Below, piece by piece: positions 9,152 to 21,084 of a stretch of DNA of 64,000 nt. The DNA lies in the NCBI GenBank assembly GCA_029564935.1, contig JAKQPD010000159.1, positions 11,059-75,058 of the forward strand, written 5' to 3'. Under the pieces are notes generated by a model. That model was given only the letters and a program-made list of their open reading frames with translations. It had not been told where the DNA came from and did not search any database. Origin of the DNA: Bacteroidota bacterium. GTDB lineage: Bacteria > Bacteroidota > Bacteroidia > Bacteroidales > VadinHA17. Within the stretch, counting starts at the first letter, position 1. Every line of letters begins with the position of its first letter. The translations under genes and the position numbers were made by a program.

Positions 9152-9275
9152 TTCGCCCTCCGTAGCTTTAGCGAAGGAGGGATTTGCCCTCCGTAGCTTT
9201 CTTTGACATCCGTAGCCTTGGCGAAGGATGTAGCGAAGGAGGGATTCGCCCTCCGTAGCCTTGGCGAAGGAGGGC
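9152..9275. repeat. REP-like hairpin array (CCCTCCGTAGC(C/T)TT(G/A)GCGAAGGAGGG): three units plus one nested copy
   Basis: Units at 9156-9181, 9187-9243 (interrupted) and 9249-9274; nested variant at 9206-9231. Confidence 0.9.
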
Positions 9276-9337
9276 TGTCTCATTATTCTTCCATTTTACG
9301 GCGGCGCAAATTACAAAATATTTTGTAAAAAACCCTG

Positions 9338-10375
9338 CTATGAGATTTCCCCTGCAATAGGTTTCCCAAGACAATCAATAATCTCTTCCCTGGTGCTGCA
9401 ACTGCCCAGCAGTAACATTAACTTGGTTACCGATGCCTCTGATGTGATATCTTTTCCGCTCACAACACCGGCAGCCATCATTTCACGGCTGGTCTCATAC
9501 AATCCCATTTCAACACTCCCTCCGTGACACTGGGTGACATTGAAAATTATCCCTCCTTTCCGGATGAATGATTTCAGATCATCCAGGAACCATTCATGTG
9601 TCGGGGCATTACCTGATCCGAAAGTCTCAATGATCAGGGCTCTTAGTCCTTTCGTGTTGATCACTGCTTCAACAAAATGGCGGTTAATCCCGGGAAACAG
9701 CTTAAGTATGGCGACATTATTGTCAAATGATTTGTTGACTTTTAATTTTCTTGTTCCTGCCGGATAATGGATAAGGTTCTCATTGTATTTAATATGTAAA
9801 CCGGCAAGAGCAAGTGGCGGATAATTCGGAGAATTGAAAGCGTCAAAATGCTCTGCACTGAATTTGGTGGTCCTGTTCCCGCGAGTAAGTTCATTATCAA
9901 AATATATACAGACCTCAGGCACAACCGGAGAACCATTTTTTGAAGCAGCGGCAATCTCGAGAGAGGTAACAAGATTCTCCCTGCCATCGGTCCGCGGAAG
10001 ACCAATCGGTAACTGTGATCCGGTGAATATAACTGGTTTTGCCAGATTTTCAAGCATGAAGCTCAGGGCTGAAGCAGTGTATGCCATTGTGTCGGTACCA
10101 TGCAGAACGACAAATCCGTCGAAATTGTCATAATTCTTTTCAATCGTTTCAGCCAGCTTGACCCAGATATCAGGATCAATATTGGAAGAATCCTTTACCG
10201 GATCAAATGAAACCGACTGAAGGTCGAAACCAAAATTGCCGATTACCGGTACATGATCGGTAATGTGTTTAAAATCGATAGGTACCAGCGAGCCGGTTTG
10301 CCTGTCATGCACCATGCCGATGGTACCGCCTGTATAGATTATCAGGACTGAAGTCTCTTTTCCCCGTTTAGCCAT
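9338..10375 (-). CDS. ansA: Type I L-asparaginase
   Basis: YTGGTIGM, HGTDTMAY, TGSQLP, FGSGN motifs. Confidence 0.93.
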   Translation of the reverse strand: MAKRGKETSVLIIYTGGTIGMVHDRQTGSLVPIDFKHITDHVPVIGNFGFDLQSVSFDPVKDSSNIDPDIWVKLAETIEKNYDNFDGFVVLHGTDTMAYTASALSFMLENLAKPVIFTGSQLPIGLPRTDGRENLVTSLEIAAASKNGSPVVPEVCIYFDNELTRGNRTTKFSAEHFDAFNSPNYPPLALAGLHIKYNENLIHYPAGTRKLKVNKSFDNNVAILKLFPGINRHFVEAVINTKGLRALIIETFGSGNAPTHEWFLDDLKSFIRKGGIIFNVTQCHGGSVEMGLYETSREMMAAGVVSGKDITSEASVTKLMLLLGSCSTREEIIDCLGKPIAGEIS

Positions 10376-10379
10376 TTGA

Positions 10380-11146
10380 TCATAAATTGAAAAGCCTGCA
10401 GGAGTTTTCGAATGTTATAGAAGCAGTCTCTTCCTCACTCATTTCAAATATTTCAGCAAGCTTTCTGTTTATGATACAAATATACGAACTCTCATTACGT
10501 TTTCCTCTGTAAGGTACGGGTGTAAGATATGGAGAATCGGTTTCAAGGACAATATTCTGTAATCCCACCTCTTTACAAATGCTCCCCAGCATAGAATTCT
10601 TATAAGTGAGCGGGCCTCCAATACCCAGCATAAAACCCATCTTTACGGCTTTCCGTGCAGACTTATGATCAGCAGAGTATGCATGTAAGACGCCGGTAAG
10701 TTTTGAACCTGCAAATTCTTCAAGAACAGAGAATACATCATTTATTGAATTCCTGGAATGGATCACAACAGGAAGTCCGGTGTTCACTGCATACTCAATT
10801 TGTCTCCTGAAAGCTATTATCTGTTCGGCCAGATGAGTTTTGTCCCAGTAAAGATCTATTCCTATCTCACCTACAGCAATGAATCTGCCCGTAGAAGCCA
10901 TTCTGATAATTTCATCAAGCTGAGGGCTATAATCTTCTTTAACAGAAGTAGGATGCAGGCCGATCATAGGAAAGCAAATATCCCTGAATCTTTCTGCAGC
11001 CGAAAGCATTGGTTCTATTGTCTCAATATCTACATTTGGCATCAGGAGTTTGCCGACCCCGCTACTGACAGCCCTTCTTACAACTTCTTCCCTGTCGTTG
11101 TCAAATTCCTTTAAATAAAGATGAGTATGTGTATCTATGAGTTGCA

Positions 11147-11147
<1 letters not shown>
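10380..11147 (-). CDS. tatD: TatD family hydrolase
   Basis: IDTHTHL, GLHP, GEIGID, IHSR, LETDSPYL. Confidence 0.92.
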
Positions 11148-12541
<1,394 letters not shown>

Positions 12542-12657
12542 TTATATGTAAAAAGGTTTATAATTTTTTCTATAATGGCATTATTTTTTAATTTCTTAAA
12601 ATCAATGGTTAAAATAGATTGAATTAGTTAAAAACCGACACAGATATTTTAGAAGTC

Positions 12658-13767
12658 CTAACTTATCCTGTAAATATTACCCGGATAACATTTGACCAGA
12701 CCTTTCAGTTCCATCTGGAGAAGGATTGCAGAAAGTCTGAATACAGGGATGTTGAGTGATCTGCAGAGAGAATCAATAGAGATTTCTCCCTGCGATGAAA
12801 CAGATTCGTAGATTAATTTCTCATTCGGATCGAGTTCTGAAAAAAGGGTTCTCTGGATTGAAGGCTTCGAGTGTTCAGGGATCCAGTTAAGAAAATACTC
12901 AACATCGCGATATGATTCAACGAGTGCTGCCTTATTATTTTTAATGAGGTTATTACACCCGGCCGACCACTGGTCTTCCGGCCGTCCCGGGACTGCCAGT
13001 ACATCGCGGTTATAGGATGCGGCTATATCGGCAGTTATCAGGGCACCGCCTTTTATTCCGGATTCCACAATAAGTGTTGAATCCGAGAGGCCGGCAATAA
13101 TACGGTTCCTCTTAATGAAATTATTTCTTTCCGGAAGTGCATCAGACAGGAAATCGCTGAGGAGCCCTCCTTTTTTTATTATAGTTGTTGCTATGGACCA
13201 GTGTGCCGAAGGGTATATTGTTTTAAAACCATGACCGAGAACAGCAATAGTCTGAAGGTTATTTGCAAGAGCCGATTTGTGAGCAGTAATATCAATTCCA
13301 TAAGCAAGCCCGCTGACAATGATAAGACCAGGATTGTCAGATGCAAGTCCTCCGATTATCTTATCACATAATTCTTTCCCCCGGGGAGTAGCATTCCTTG
13401 TCCCTACGACACTGAGTATCCTTGATGTATTAAGATCACAGTTTCCTTTAAAGAAAAATACAACAGGGGAATCTTCGCACTGTCTCAGACGAAACGGATA
13501 ATCATCATCAAGATAAAAATACGTAAGGATATTATTCTTTGTGACATACTCAGATTCCCGTTCAGCTGCTTCAAGGTAGGAGTGGTCAGAAACTGCTTTA
13601 GCCAGTTCAGGTCCTATTCCGGGTATTTTGACAAGATTCCTGTATGCTTCACTGAAAACAGCCTCAACGCTTCCGAGATGTGCAACAAGTTTCCTTGCAT
13701 TTATATCACCTATTCCGGGAATAAGGCCTAAAGCAATTTTATGCTTCAGTAAAATATTTTCAGGCAT
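12658..13767 (-). CDS. dprA: DNA-processing protein DprA
   Basis: VVGTR, VSGLAYGID, RNRIIAG, GGALITA and a C-terminal winged helix; start chosen at MPENI. Confidence 0.93.
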   Translation of the reverse strand: MPENILLKHKIALGLIPGIGDINARKLVAHLGSVEAVFSEAYRNLVKIPGIGPELAKAVSDHSYLEAAERESEYVTKNNILTYFYLDDDYPFRLRQCEDSPVVFFFKGNCDLNTSRILSVVGTRNATPRGKELCDKIIGGLASDNPGLIIVSGLAYGIDITAHKSALANNLQTIAVLGHGFKTIYPSAHWSIATTIIKKGGLLSDFLSDALPERNNFIKRNRIIAGLSDSTLIVESGIKGGALITADIAASYNRDVLAVPGRPEDQWSAGCNNLIKNNKAALVESYRDVEYFLNWIPEHSKPSIQRTLFSELDPNEKLIYESVSSQGEISIDSLCRSLNIPVFRLSAILLQMELKGLVKCYPGNIYRIS

Positions 13768-13815
13768 ATACAGCGAAATGAGATATGTAAATATAATAAA
13801 TGTTGAAAGGTTCAA

Positions 13816-13863
13816 CAAAAAAAATCCCCCTCTTTAAGCCGAATGACGGAGAGAGGGGGATTT
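13816..13863 (-). terminator. Intrinsic terminator of the second GDH gene
   Basis: Minus strand AAATCCCCCTCT...AGAGGGGGATTT followed by a T-tract, 16 bp after the stop. Confidence 0.75.
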
Positions 13864-13879
13864 AAAGGGTGTGAGTTTA

Positions 13880-15217
13880 TTATATTACTCCCATATCAAG
13901 CATTGAGTTTGCAACTTTCAGGAATCCTGCAATATTAGCTCCTTTAACATAGTCGATATAGCCATCAGCCTGTTTCCCGTTCCGGCAGCACTGTTCATGA
14001 ATGTTCTTCATAATTTCGTGGAGTCTGCCATCGACTTCCTGCTGGTTCCATCTCATTTTCATTGCATTCTGAGTCATTTCCAGTCCTGATGTTGCAACCC
14101 CGCCAGCATTGACCGCTTTCCCGGGAGCAAACATAATACTGTTTCTGATGAATGTTTCAACCGCATCGGGAGTACATCCCATATTTGATACTTCAGCAAC
14201 CATCATCACACTGTTTTCGAGCAATCTGGCGGCATCCTGTCCGTTAAGTTCATTCTGGGTTGCACATGGAAGAGCAATATCGACCTTTACTTCCCATGGC
14301 TTTTTCCCCGCATGAAATTCAGCACCTTCAAAGACATATGAATAAGGTTTGACAATATCCTGGTTTGATGAGCGCAGCTCAAGCATATAATCGATCTTCT
14401 TTCCCGATATTCCGTCAGGATCGTACACATAGCCGTCGGGGCCTGATATTGTGACAACTTTACCTCCGAGTTCTGTTGCCTTAAGCGCTGCGCCCCAGGC
14501 CACATTTCCGAAGCCTGAAATGGAAATTGTTTTGCCCTTTATTGTCTCTTTCCTTGCAGCAAGCATTTCCTGAACAAAATATATTGCTCCGAAGCCCGTG
14601 GCTTCCGGCCTGATCAGCGATCCGCCCCAGTTACTCCCTTTTCCTGTAAGCACCCCGGTATGATCTCCCTTAAGCCTTTTATACATACCATACAGATATC
14701 CTATTTCACGGCCACCGACTCCTATGTCACCTGCCGGAACATCTGTTTCCGGACCAATATATTTCCAGAGTTCCAGCATGAATGACTGACAGAATCTCAT
14801 TACCTCGGCATTTGATTTCCCTTTGGGATCAAAATCTGAGCCTCCTTTACCTCCGCCCATCGGAAGGGTTGTAAGTGCATTCTTGAATATCTGTTCAAAT
14901 CCAAGGAATTTGAGGATTGACAGATTTACGCTCGGATGGAAGCGCAGACCTCCCTTATATGGGCCTATAGCATTGTTAAACTGAACTCTGTAACCAAGGT
15001 TAACTTTTACATTTCCTTCATCATCAACCCAGGGTACTTTAAACATTATCACCCTGTCAGGCTCAATGATGCGTTCGATGATATTTGCAGATTCAAACTG
15101 GGGATTTTCATTATATACCTCCTCGATAGACTCGAGAACTTCCCTTACTGCCTGAAGATATTCAACCTCTCCCGGATGCTTTTTCTCGAGGTTGTTCAAG
15201 ATTTTGTCTACGTTCAT
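13880..15217 (-). CDS. gdhB: Glutamate dehydrogenase, NAD-type (GdhB-like)
   Basis: Same GDH motifs but ISGFGNVAW...TISGPDG, as in Bacteroides NAD-dependent GdhB. Confidence 0.85.
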   Translation of the reverse strand: MNVDKILNNLEKKHPGEVEYLQAVREVLESIEEVYNENPQFESANIIERIIEPDRVIMFKVPWVDDEGNVKVNLGYRVQFNNAIGPYKGGLRFHPSVNLSILKFLGFEQIFKNALTTLPMGGGKGGSDFDPKGKSNAEVMRFCQSFMLELWKYIGPETDVPAGDIGVGGREIGYLYGMYKRLKGDHTGVLTGKGSNWGGSLIRPEATGFGAIYFVQEMLAARKETIKGKTISISGFGNVAWGAALKATELGGKVVTISGPDGYVYDPDGISGKKIDYMLELRSSNQDIVKPYSYVFEGAEFHAGKKPWEVKVDIALPCATQNELNGQDAARLLENSVMMVAEVSNMGCTPDAVETFIRNSIMFAPGKAVNAGGVATSGLEMTQNAMKMRWNQQEVDGRLHEIMKNIHEQCCRNGKQADGYIDYVKGANIAGFLKVANSMLDMGVI

Positions 15218-15275
15218 TTTGTAAATATTTAGTTAGTTTTATGTAATGCGACTAATTATCATTATTCAATTTATA

Positions 15276-15396
15276 AGTTGGCAGTTGGCAGTTGGCAGTT
15301 GGCAAAGAGCAACCACAACTTCAATAGTTGGCAGTTGGCAAAAGGCAGTTGGCAAATGGTTCTTCCTGCCAACTGCCAACTGTTTACTGCCAACTT
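15276..15396. repeat. Inverted heptamer tandem repeats (AGTTGGC)n / (TGCCAAC)n
   Basis: Four forward units at 15276-15303, four at 15326-15353 and four reverse units at 15367-15394, some degenerate. Confidence 0.9.
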
Positions 15397-15469
15397 GTTA
15401 TTTGATGCAAAACTGAGACATAGTTTCCTCATTAAAAATGATTTAACTCATATTCTGCCCTGAATTAAA

Positions 15470-15952
15470 TCATATGGCAGGGATATGATCATTCAGAGAT
15501 TTGATAAGTTTGTTCCTCTGTTCTTTGCTTAGGGCACTGATGTGTACAGGTGGGTATTTCGCTACGTTCTGACCTACCTTCTGGTAAAGAATAAGGCTCT
15601 TATCGAGTCCGAAAAGCCTTGATTCGGTTTTATATCCGGCAAAAGCAGTTTTATAAATCTTGATTGAATTCTTTTTCCCTCCTCCGATACCTGCATTGAA
15701 ATATTTAATTACAATGTTTTCATCATCATCCGAATATGAAATGAACTGATGGTTCAGCATAATGGGGATGAAAAAAATGATAAGATAAATTGCAATAAGA
15801 ATAATTGTCCAGGCGGTTTCACTCAGGCCAAGGACCGGAAATTTTATACGTCCGATAAGGTAGGTAACCGCCAGGTAGGCAAGTATCAGGACAGTTGCAA
15901 TAAATAATCTGATCCTGATACTGATTATCTGTTTAGTGTTATCGAAGGTCAT
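15470..15952 (-). CDS. Hypothetical membrane protein (2 TM plus soluble domain)
   Basis: 160-aa ORF 11 bp after the deaminase; two hydrophobic stretches. Confidence 0.7.
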   Translation of the reverse strand: MTFDNTKQIISIRIRLFIATVLILAYLAVTYLIGRIKFPVLGLSETAWTIILIAIYLIIFFIPIMLNHQFISYSDDDENIVIKYFNAGIGGGKKNSIKIYKTAFAGYKTESRLFGLDKSLILYQKVGQNVAKYPPVHISALSKEQRNKLIKSLNDHIPAI

Positions 15953-15963
15953 ATAAGAATTTT

Positions 15964-16413
15964 TTATAAACTTAATCTTTTTTTCTTAAAGAACCTTACC
16001 ATAATTTCACTGCATTCGGTTTCGAGTATTCCTTTTAATACGACGGTTCTTGGGTGGAGCAGACCCCCTAAAACTCCTGTATAACCTTTTTTCGGATCGG
16101 ATGCACCGTAAACCAGTCCTGCAGCCTGGCTCCATCCGATTGCCCCTGCACACATTGCACATGGTTCAACTGTCACATAAATAATACAATCTGTCAGGTA
16201 TTTTCCTCCCAGCCAGTTTGTGGCAGCAGTGATTGCCTGCATTTCCGCATGGGCGGTCGGATCTTTTAATGTCTCATTAAGATTATGTGCCCTGGCAATA
16301 ATAGTATCCCTGCATACGATTACTGCGCCTACAGGCACCTCCTGCCTGTTAAATGCTTTTTCTGCTTCTTCCAGGGCAGCTTTCATGTATTTCTCGTGTC
16401 TTGCTGTCTGCAT
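15964..16413 (-). CDS. tadA: Nucleoside deaminase, TadA-like
   Basis: EVPVGAV, DPTAHAE, TVEPCAMCAGA, DPKKG. Confidence 0.8.
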   Translation of the reverse strand: MQTARHEKYMKAALEEAEKAFNRQEVPVGAVIVCRDTIIARAHNLNETLKDPTAHAEMQAITAATNWLGGKYLTDCIIYVTVEPCAMCAGAIGWSQAAGLVYGASDPKKGYTGVLGGLLHPRTVVLKGILETECSEIMVRFFKKKRLSL

Positions 16414-16512
16414 ATAAAGTTATTGCACACTTTAAATGTATGAAGAAATAGAGAGACCCGGACTGCTTACAGTCATAATATTTTTATTTTTGTGGATCAT
16501 AAAAAGAAGAAA

Positions 16513-18270
16513 ATGTACAGGACACATACATGCGGGGAACTTAATTTAAATGATGCCGGTAAAGACGTCATATTATGCGGATGGATCCAGAAATCAAGAG
16601 ATCTCGGGGGTATGACATTTACTGATCTTCGCGACCGATACGGGATAACTCAGCTTGTTTTCAATATGGAAACCGATGCTTCTCTCTGTGAGAAGGCAAG
16701 AAAGACCGGGCGTGAGTTTGTGATACAGGCAAAAGGCAGGGTTAAGGAACGGAGCAATAAAAACCCGAAAATACCCACAGGAGACATCGAGATTGAAGTG
16801 TCAGAAATCAACATTCTCAATCCAAGCGAACTGCCGCCGTTCACAATTGAAGAGGAGACAGATGGAGGTGACGAACTGAGAATGAAATACCGTTATCTTG
16901 ACCTGAGAAGAGCCCCGGTAAAAAACAATTTAATACTGCGTCACAGGATGGCTCAGGAAGTACGTAAATATTTGGATTCGAAAGAATTTATTGAAGTTGA
17001 GACTCCTTTTCTGATCAAATCGACACCTGAAGGGGCCAGGGATTTTATTGTACCGAGCAGAATGCAGCCGGGTACTTTCTATGCCCTGCCACAATCACCG
17101 CAGACCCTCAAACAGCTTCTTATGGTCGCAGGATTTGACAGATACTTTCAGATTGTCAGATGTTTCAGGGATGAGGATCTCCGGGCTGACCGTCAGCCCG
17201 AGTTTTCACAGATCGACTGCGAAATGTCATTCATGACAAGGGATGAAATACTTGATACTTTTGAAGGACTGATAAAGTACCTTTTCAATAAAATAAAAAA
17301 TATCAGTTTCACTGAACCGTTCAGGAGAATATCCTACGCTGAGGCTATGGAACTGTATGGTACTGATAAGCCGGATCTCCGCTTTGGAATGAAAATTTAT
17401 GATCTTACTGAAGTAGTTAAAGGTCATGGTTTTTCAGTTTTTGATACTTCTGAATTCACGGGCGCGATATGTGTCTCAGGTTGTGCTGATTATACGAGGA
17501 AACAGATTGATGAACTTACAGATTTTGTAAAAAGACCTCAGATCGGGGCTAAAGGACTTATTTATCTGAGATATGGTAATGATGGCACTCTGAGATCATC
17601 GGTTGACAAGTTTTATTCCCGGGAAGATCTTGAAATCTGGGCTGAAAAGACGGGGGCCGGCCAGGGGGACCTTATACTGGTAATTTCCGGGGAGAGAATA
17701 AAAACCCTCTCAGCATTATCAGAGCTCAGACTGGAGATGGGGAACAGGCTTGGGCTGAGAAAAAGAGACAATTACATGCCACTCTGGGTTGTTGATTTTC
17801 CTTTGCTTGAGTGGAATGAGGAAGAAAAACGATTTTTTGCAATGCACCATCCTTTCACATCGCCAAAACCGGAAGATATTCCTCTGATGGAAACTGATCC
17901 GGGAAAAGTACGTGCAAATGCATATGACCTGGTTATTAACGGGGTGGAGATCGGCGGAGGATCTGTCAGGATACATGATTCTTCACTTCAGAAACTGATG
18001 TTCAAAGCTTTGGGATTCACTGACGAGGAGGCAGTGGAGCAGTTCGGATTTCTTATGAATGCTTTCAGATACGGGGCTCCCCCGCATGGAGGAATAGCAT
18101 TTGGTTTCGACAGGCTGGTGGCTATGTTCGGAGGCCAGGATTCAATCCGTGACTTTATTGCATTCCCAAAAAATAATGCAGGAAGGGATGTAATGCTTGA
18201 TACACCGGCACCGGTTTCAGAAAAACAGCTTCATGAACTGATGATCGACTTCAGGAAGAAAAAGGAATGA
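16513..18270 (+). CDS. aspS: Aspartate--tRNA ligase
   Basis: [47 protein letters not shown]. Confidence 0.97.
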   Translation: MYRTHTCGELNLNDAGKDVILCGWIQKSRDLGGMTFTDLRDRYGITQLVFNMETDASLCEKARKTGREFVIQAKGRVKERSNKNPKIPTGDIEIEVSEINILNPSELPPFTIEEETDGGDELRMKYRYLDLRRAPVKNNLILRHRMAQEVRKYLDSKEFIEVETPFLIKSTPEGARDFIVPSRMQPGTFYALPQSPQTLKQLLMVAGFDRYFQIVRCFRDEDLRADRQPEFSQIDCEMSFMTRDEILDTFEGLIKYLFNKIKNISFTEPFRRISYAEAMELYGTDKPDLRFGMKIYDLTEVVKGHGFSVFDTSEFTGAICVSGCADYTRKQIDELTDFVKRPQIGAKGLIYLRYGNDGTLRSSVDKFYSREDLEIWAEKTGAGQGDLILVISGERIKTLSALSELRLEMGNRLGLRKRDNYMPLWVVDFPLLEWNEEEKRFFAMHHPFTSPKPEDIPLMETDPGKVRANAYDLVINGVEIGGGSVRIHDSSLQKLMFKALGFTDEEAVEQFGFLMNAFRYGAPPHGGIAFGFDRLVAMFGGQDSIRDFIAFPKNNAGRDVMLDTPAPVSEKQLHELMIDFRKKKE

Positions 18271-18272
18271 TC

Positions 18273-18989
18273 TTATCTTCTTGTATTTGCTCCGATAAGC
18301 TTTATTAGGATTACCCCGTTTGCACCCCTGGAGCCATAAATTGATGCAGAAGCTCCTTTGAGGACCTGTACTGACTCAACCTGTGAAGGCGGTATATCAC
18401 TTATTGAGCCTACCTCATTACCGTCGACAATAAACAGGGGATCAGTGCTCATCATTAAAGAACCAGCTCCCTGAATGGTGATTTTCGTTCCGGATACCTG
18501 AACTCCCGGTACAGCCCCTTTAAGCATCTCATAAATATTTGTATAGGTTGAATACCTGGAATTCCTGACATCCAGCTGGTTTACCGGGGTTGTAAGATCT
18601 TTCTTCCTTATTGACCCATACCCTATGTCAACTTTCTCTTCTTCCCGTGGGGTAGCGGTAGTGCCTGATTGTGAAGGCGCTGTTCCAGGTCTGAGAGTGA
18701 TATTCAGGATTTTTTCTCCATCTATCAGCGCTTCGCCGATACCCTTGTCAGGTGTGACAACTGAAATCAGCTCCGCATCCCTCCCGACCTTCACCCTGAA
18801 GGAACCTTTATTGTCGGTTGACTTATTTGTATATTTATTATCAATAAGAATAATGGCACCTTCAACCGGATTCTTTTCTGAATCCAGAACAACACCTGTG
18901 ACGAAGAACTTTTTCGTTTCTTTCTGGGCGGATATGACCGGCCACATCATAAGTGACGCCAGGATAATAGCTAAAATTCTGTAAGGCAT
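18273..18989 (-). CDS. TonB-dependent receptor plug-domain protein without a barrel
   Basis: Signal peptide, carboxypeptidase-regulatory-like N-domain (VTGVVLDSEKNPVEGA), DIGYGS, DPLFIVDG, VLKGASASIYGSRGANGVILI, then stop. Confidence 0.8.
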   Translation of the reverse strand: MPYRILAIILASLMMWPVISAQKETKKFFVTGVVLDSEKNPVEGAIILIDNKYTNKSTDNKGSFRVKVGRDAELISVVTPDKGIGEALIDGEKILNITLRPGTAPSQSGTTATPREEEKVDIGYGSIRKKDLTTPVNQLDVRNSRYSTYTNIYEMLKGAVPGVQVSGTKITIQGAGSLMMSTDPLFIVDGNEVGSISDIPPSQVESVQVLKGASASIYGSRGANGVILIKLIGANTRR

Positions 18990-18993
18990 GTTT

Positions 18994-19665
18994 TTATTTT
19001 TTTTGGTTGTTTTTATCTGCTGAACTCTGAAGATCAATTACTATTACTCCGTTAGCTCCGTCATTTCCGTAAATATTCGCAGCCGAACCTTTGAGGAGCT
19101 TAATAGATTTAACCTCCAGGGGATTAATATTGTCAATACTGTTAACCCTTACACCATTGACCACAAAGAGTGGTTGTGAGCTTCCGAAAAAGGAGTTTGG
19201 ACCCTGAACCATTATACTTCTGCCCGAAACAACAACTCCTGTCACTTCATGTCTTATCATCTGGTAAATGTCCGTATAGGTATTCATCTTTTTTGAAGCG
19301 CCGGGACTGAGATCTACGGTTCCGGTTTTTCCGGTATTGCCTGCCTGACCTTTTGATGCCGACTTGTCAAGCTTCAGAGTAAGGTCAGAGCGGCCGTTTA
19401 TTTCGGTTTCGCCATATCCCAGTGTTTCGGAGAATGCCGAAATAACTTTAATATCAGAAGGAACCCTGATTTTGAACCTGCCCTGGTAACCTGTAAAATT
19501 CCCTGTGCTTTCGCCATCGGCGAATATCTCAGCCTGAGCGGCAGGATTGTTGTTTTCATCAAGAACCGTACCTGTTATGATAATTTTCTTTCCGCCCTTC
19601 TGAGCATATGGGGTGCTGAAGGTTAAAAATGACAGGAGTATTAAAACTGATATGCGCAAATACAT
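18994..19665 (-). CDS. TonB-dependent receptor plug-domain protein without a barrel (paralog)
   Basis: ITGTVLDENNNP, QPLFVVNG, LLKGSAANIYGNDGANGVIVI, then stop. Confidence 0.8.
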   Translation of the reverse strand: MYLRISVLILLSFLTFSTPYAQKGGKKIIITGTVLDENNNPAAQAEIFADGESTGNFTGYQGRFKIRVPSDIKVISAFSETLGYGETEINGRSDLTLKLDKSASKGQAGNTGKTGTVDLSPGASKKMNTYTDIYQMIRHEVTGVVVSGRSIMVQGPNSFFGSSQPLFVVNGVRVNSIDNINPLEVKSIKLLKGSAANIYGNDGANGVIVIDLQSSADKNNQKK

Positions 19666-19731
19666 TCTTGAGGTTGTAATATTTGGTACTGCAAGTTAAA
19701 CTGAAACAAATTCATATCCAATAAATATCTT

Positions 19732-21054
19732 TTAAATGATCCGTCCCTTCAATGTTGCCGAAGTACAATCTTCAATCAGGACATTAACATAATCACCCTT
19801 CTTTTTACCTGAGCCGGGGAATACAACAACCTTGTTCTGAGATGTCCTTCCGGTCAGAGAATCAGCAGATCTCTTCGAAAAACCTTCTGTAAGTACCTCA
19901 AAAACTTTGCCAATATCATGTCTTTTGGATTTTTTTGACAAGGAATTCTGAAGGGAGATTATTTCATTGAGTCTTCTTAGTTTTATCTCTTCAGGAACAT
20001 CATCCTTCAGCCTTCTTGCTGCCCTGGTCCCCGGCCTCTCACTGTACCTGAACATATATGCAAAATCGAATTCAGCCCATTTCATCAGTGAGAGAGTCTC
20101 TTCATGATCCTCCTCCGTCTCGGTACAGAATCCTGTAATAATATCGGTGGATATGGAACAATCAGGAATTATGTTCCTGATCGCACTGATCCGTGAAAAA
20201 TAATCCTCCCGTGTATAGCCGCGGTTCATAAGTTGCAGTATCCGGCTGCTCCCGCTTTGAACAGGAAGGTGAATATGTCTGCAGATGTTTTCATTGCGGG
20301 CTATGGTTCTTAATAACTCTTGAGAAATATCCTTGGGGTGTGATGTAGTAAACCGTACCCTCAGTAATCTGTCTGTCATAGCAACCTTTTCAATAAGGTG
20401 ATGAAATTCAGTCACCTGATTTCCGGATATGTACTTATAGGAGTCTACATTCTGTCCCAGAAGTGTTATTTCCCTGAATCCCCTGCGGACAAGGTCACCT
20501 GCTTCCTTCAGGATTGAATCGGGATCACGGCTTCTTTCCGCACCTCTTACATAAGGGACCACACAGTAGGAACACATGTTGTTACAGCCCCTCATTATGG
20601 GAATGAAGGCGCTGATACCACCGTTTTCGTCGTAAGCCGGCGAAATATCGGAATATGTTTCACAACGGGACAGAGTTATATTTACGGCTTTACGTCCGTT
20701 TTCGGCTTCCTTTGCAAGAGCAGGCAGGTCCCTGTATGCATCCGGCCCGGCAATAATATCTATTATCAGTTCCTTTTCAAGAAGTTCTTCCTTCAATCTT
20801 TCAGCCATACATCCGGTAAGTCCTACGATAATTTTCCTGTTTTTCCTTTTCAGACTTCTTATCTCCTTCAGCCTGTTCCAAATCTTCTGTTCTGCATTTT
20901 CGCGGATTGAACAGGTATTTATCAGAATGATCCCTGCCCGGGTAATATCCTGAACCTGGCTGTATCCGTGTTCTGCCATTACAGATGCAATAACCTCACT
21001 GTCAGCTATATTCATCTGACAGCCATAAGTCTCTATATACAGGTTTTTGTTCAT
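19732..21054 (-). CDS. miaB: tRNA methylthiotransferase MiaB
   Basis: ETYGCQMN, NTCSIRENAE, CNNMCSYC radical-SAM motif, TRAM domain; start chosen at MNKNLY. Confidence 0.95.
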   Translation of the reverse strand: MNKNLYIETYGCQMNIADSEVIASVMAEHGYSQVQDITRAGIILINTCSIRENAEQKIWNRLKEIRSLKRKNRKIIVGLTGCMAERLKEELLEKELIIDIIAGPDAYRDLPALAKEAENGRKAVNITLSRCETYSDISPAYDENGGISAFIPIMRGCNNMCSYCVVPYVRGAERSRDPDSILKEAGDLVRRGFREITLLGQNVDSYKYISGNQVTEFHHLIEKVAMTDRLLRVRFTTSHPKDISQELLRTIARNENICRHIHLPVQSGSSRILQLMNRGYTREDYFSRISAIRNIIPDCSISTDIITGFCTETEEDHEETLSLMKWAEFDFAYMFRYSERPGTRAARRLKDDVPEEIKLRRLNEIISLQNSLSKKSKRHDIGKVFEVLTEGFSKRSADSLTGRTSQNKVVVFPGSGKKKGDYVNVLIEDCTSATLKGRII

Positions 21055-21084
21055 TTTAAAAGTATTACTGCCACCCCCACTTTT

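Noticed and set aside
9152-9275. CRISPR array
   Set aside because: Units are separated by about 5 bp rather than unique spacers, and there are no cas genes.
9168-9374. 68-aa ORF (ALLRQGYGG...)
   Set aside because: Translation of the REP-like repeats; overlaps ansA.
15278-15463. 61-aa ORF (SWQLA repeats)
   Set aside because: Artefact of the heptamer repeats.
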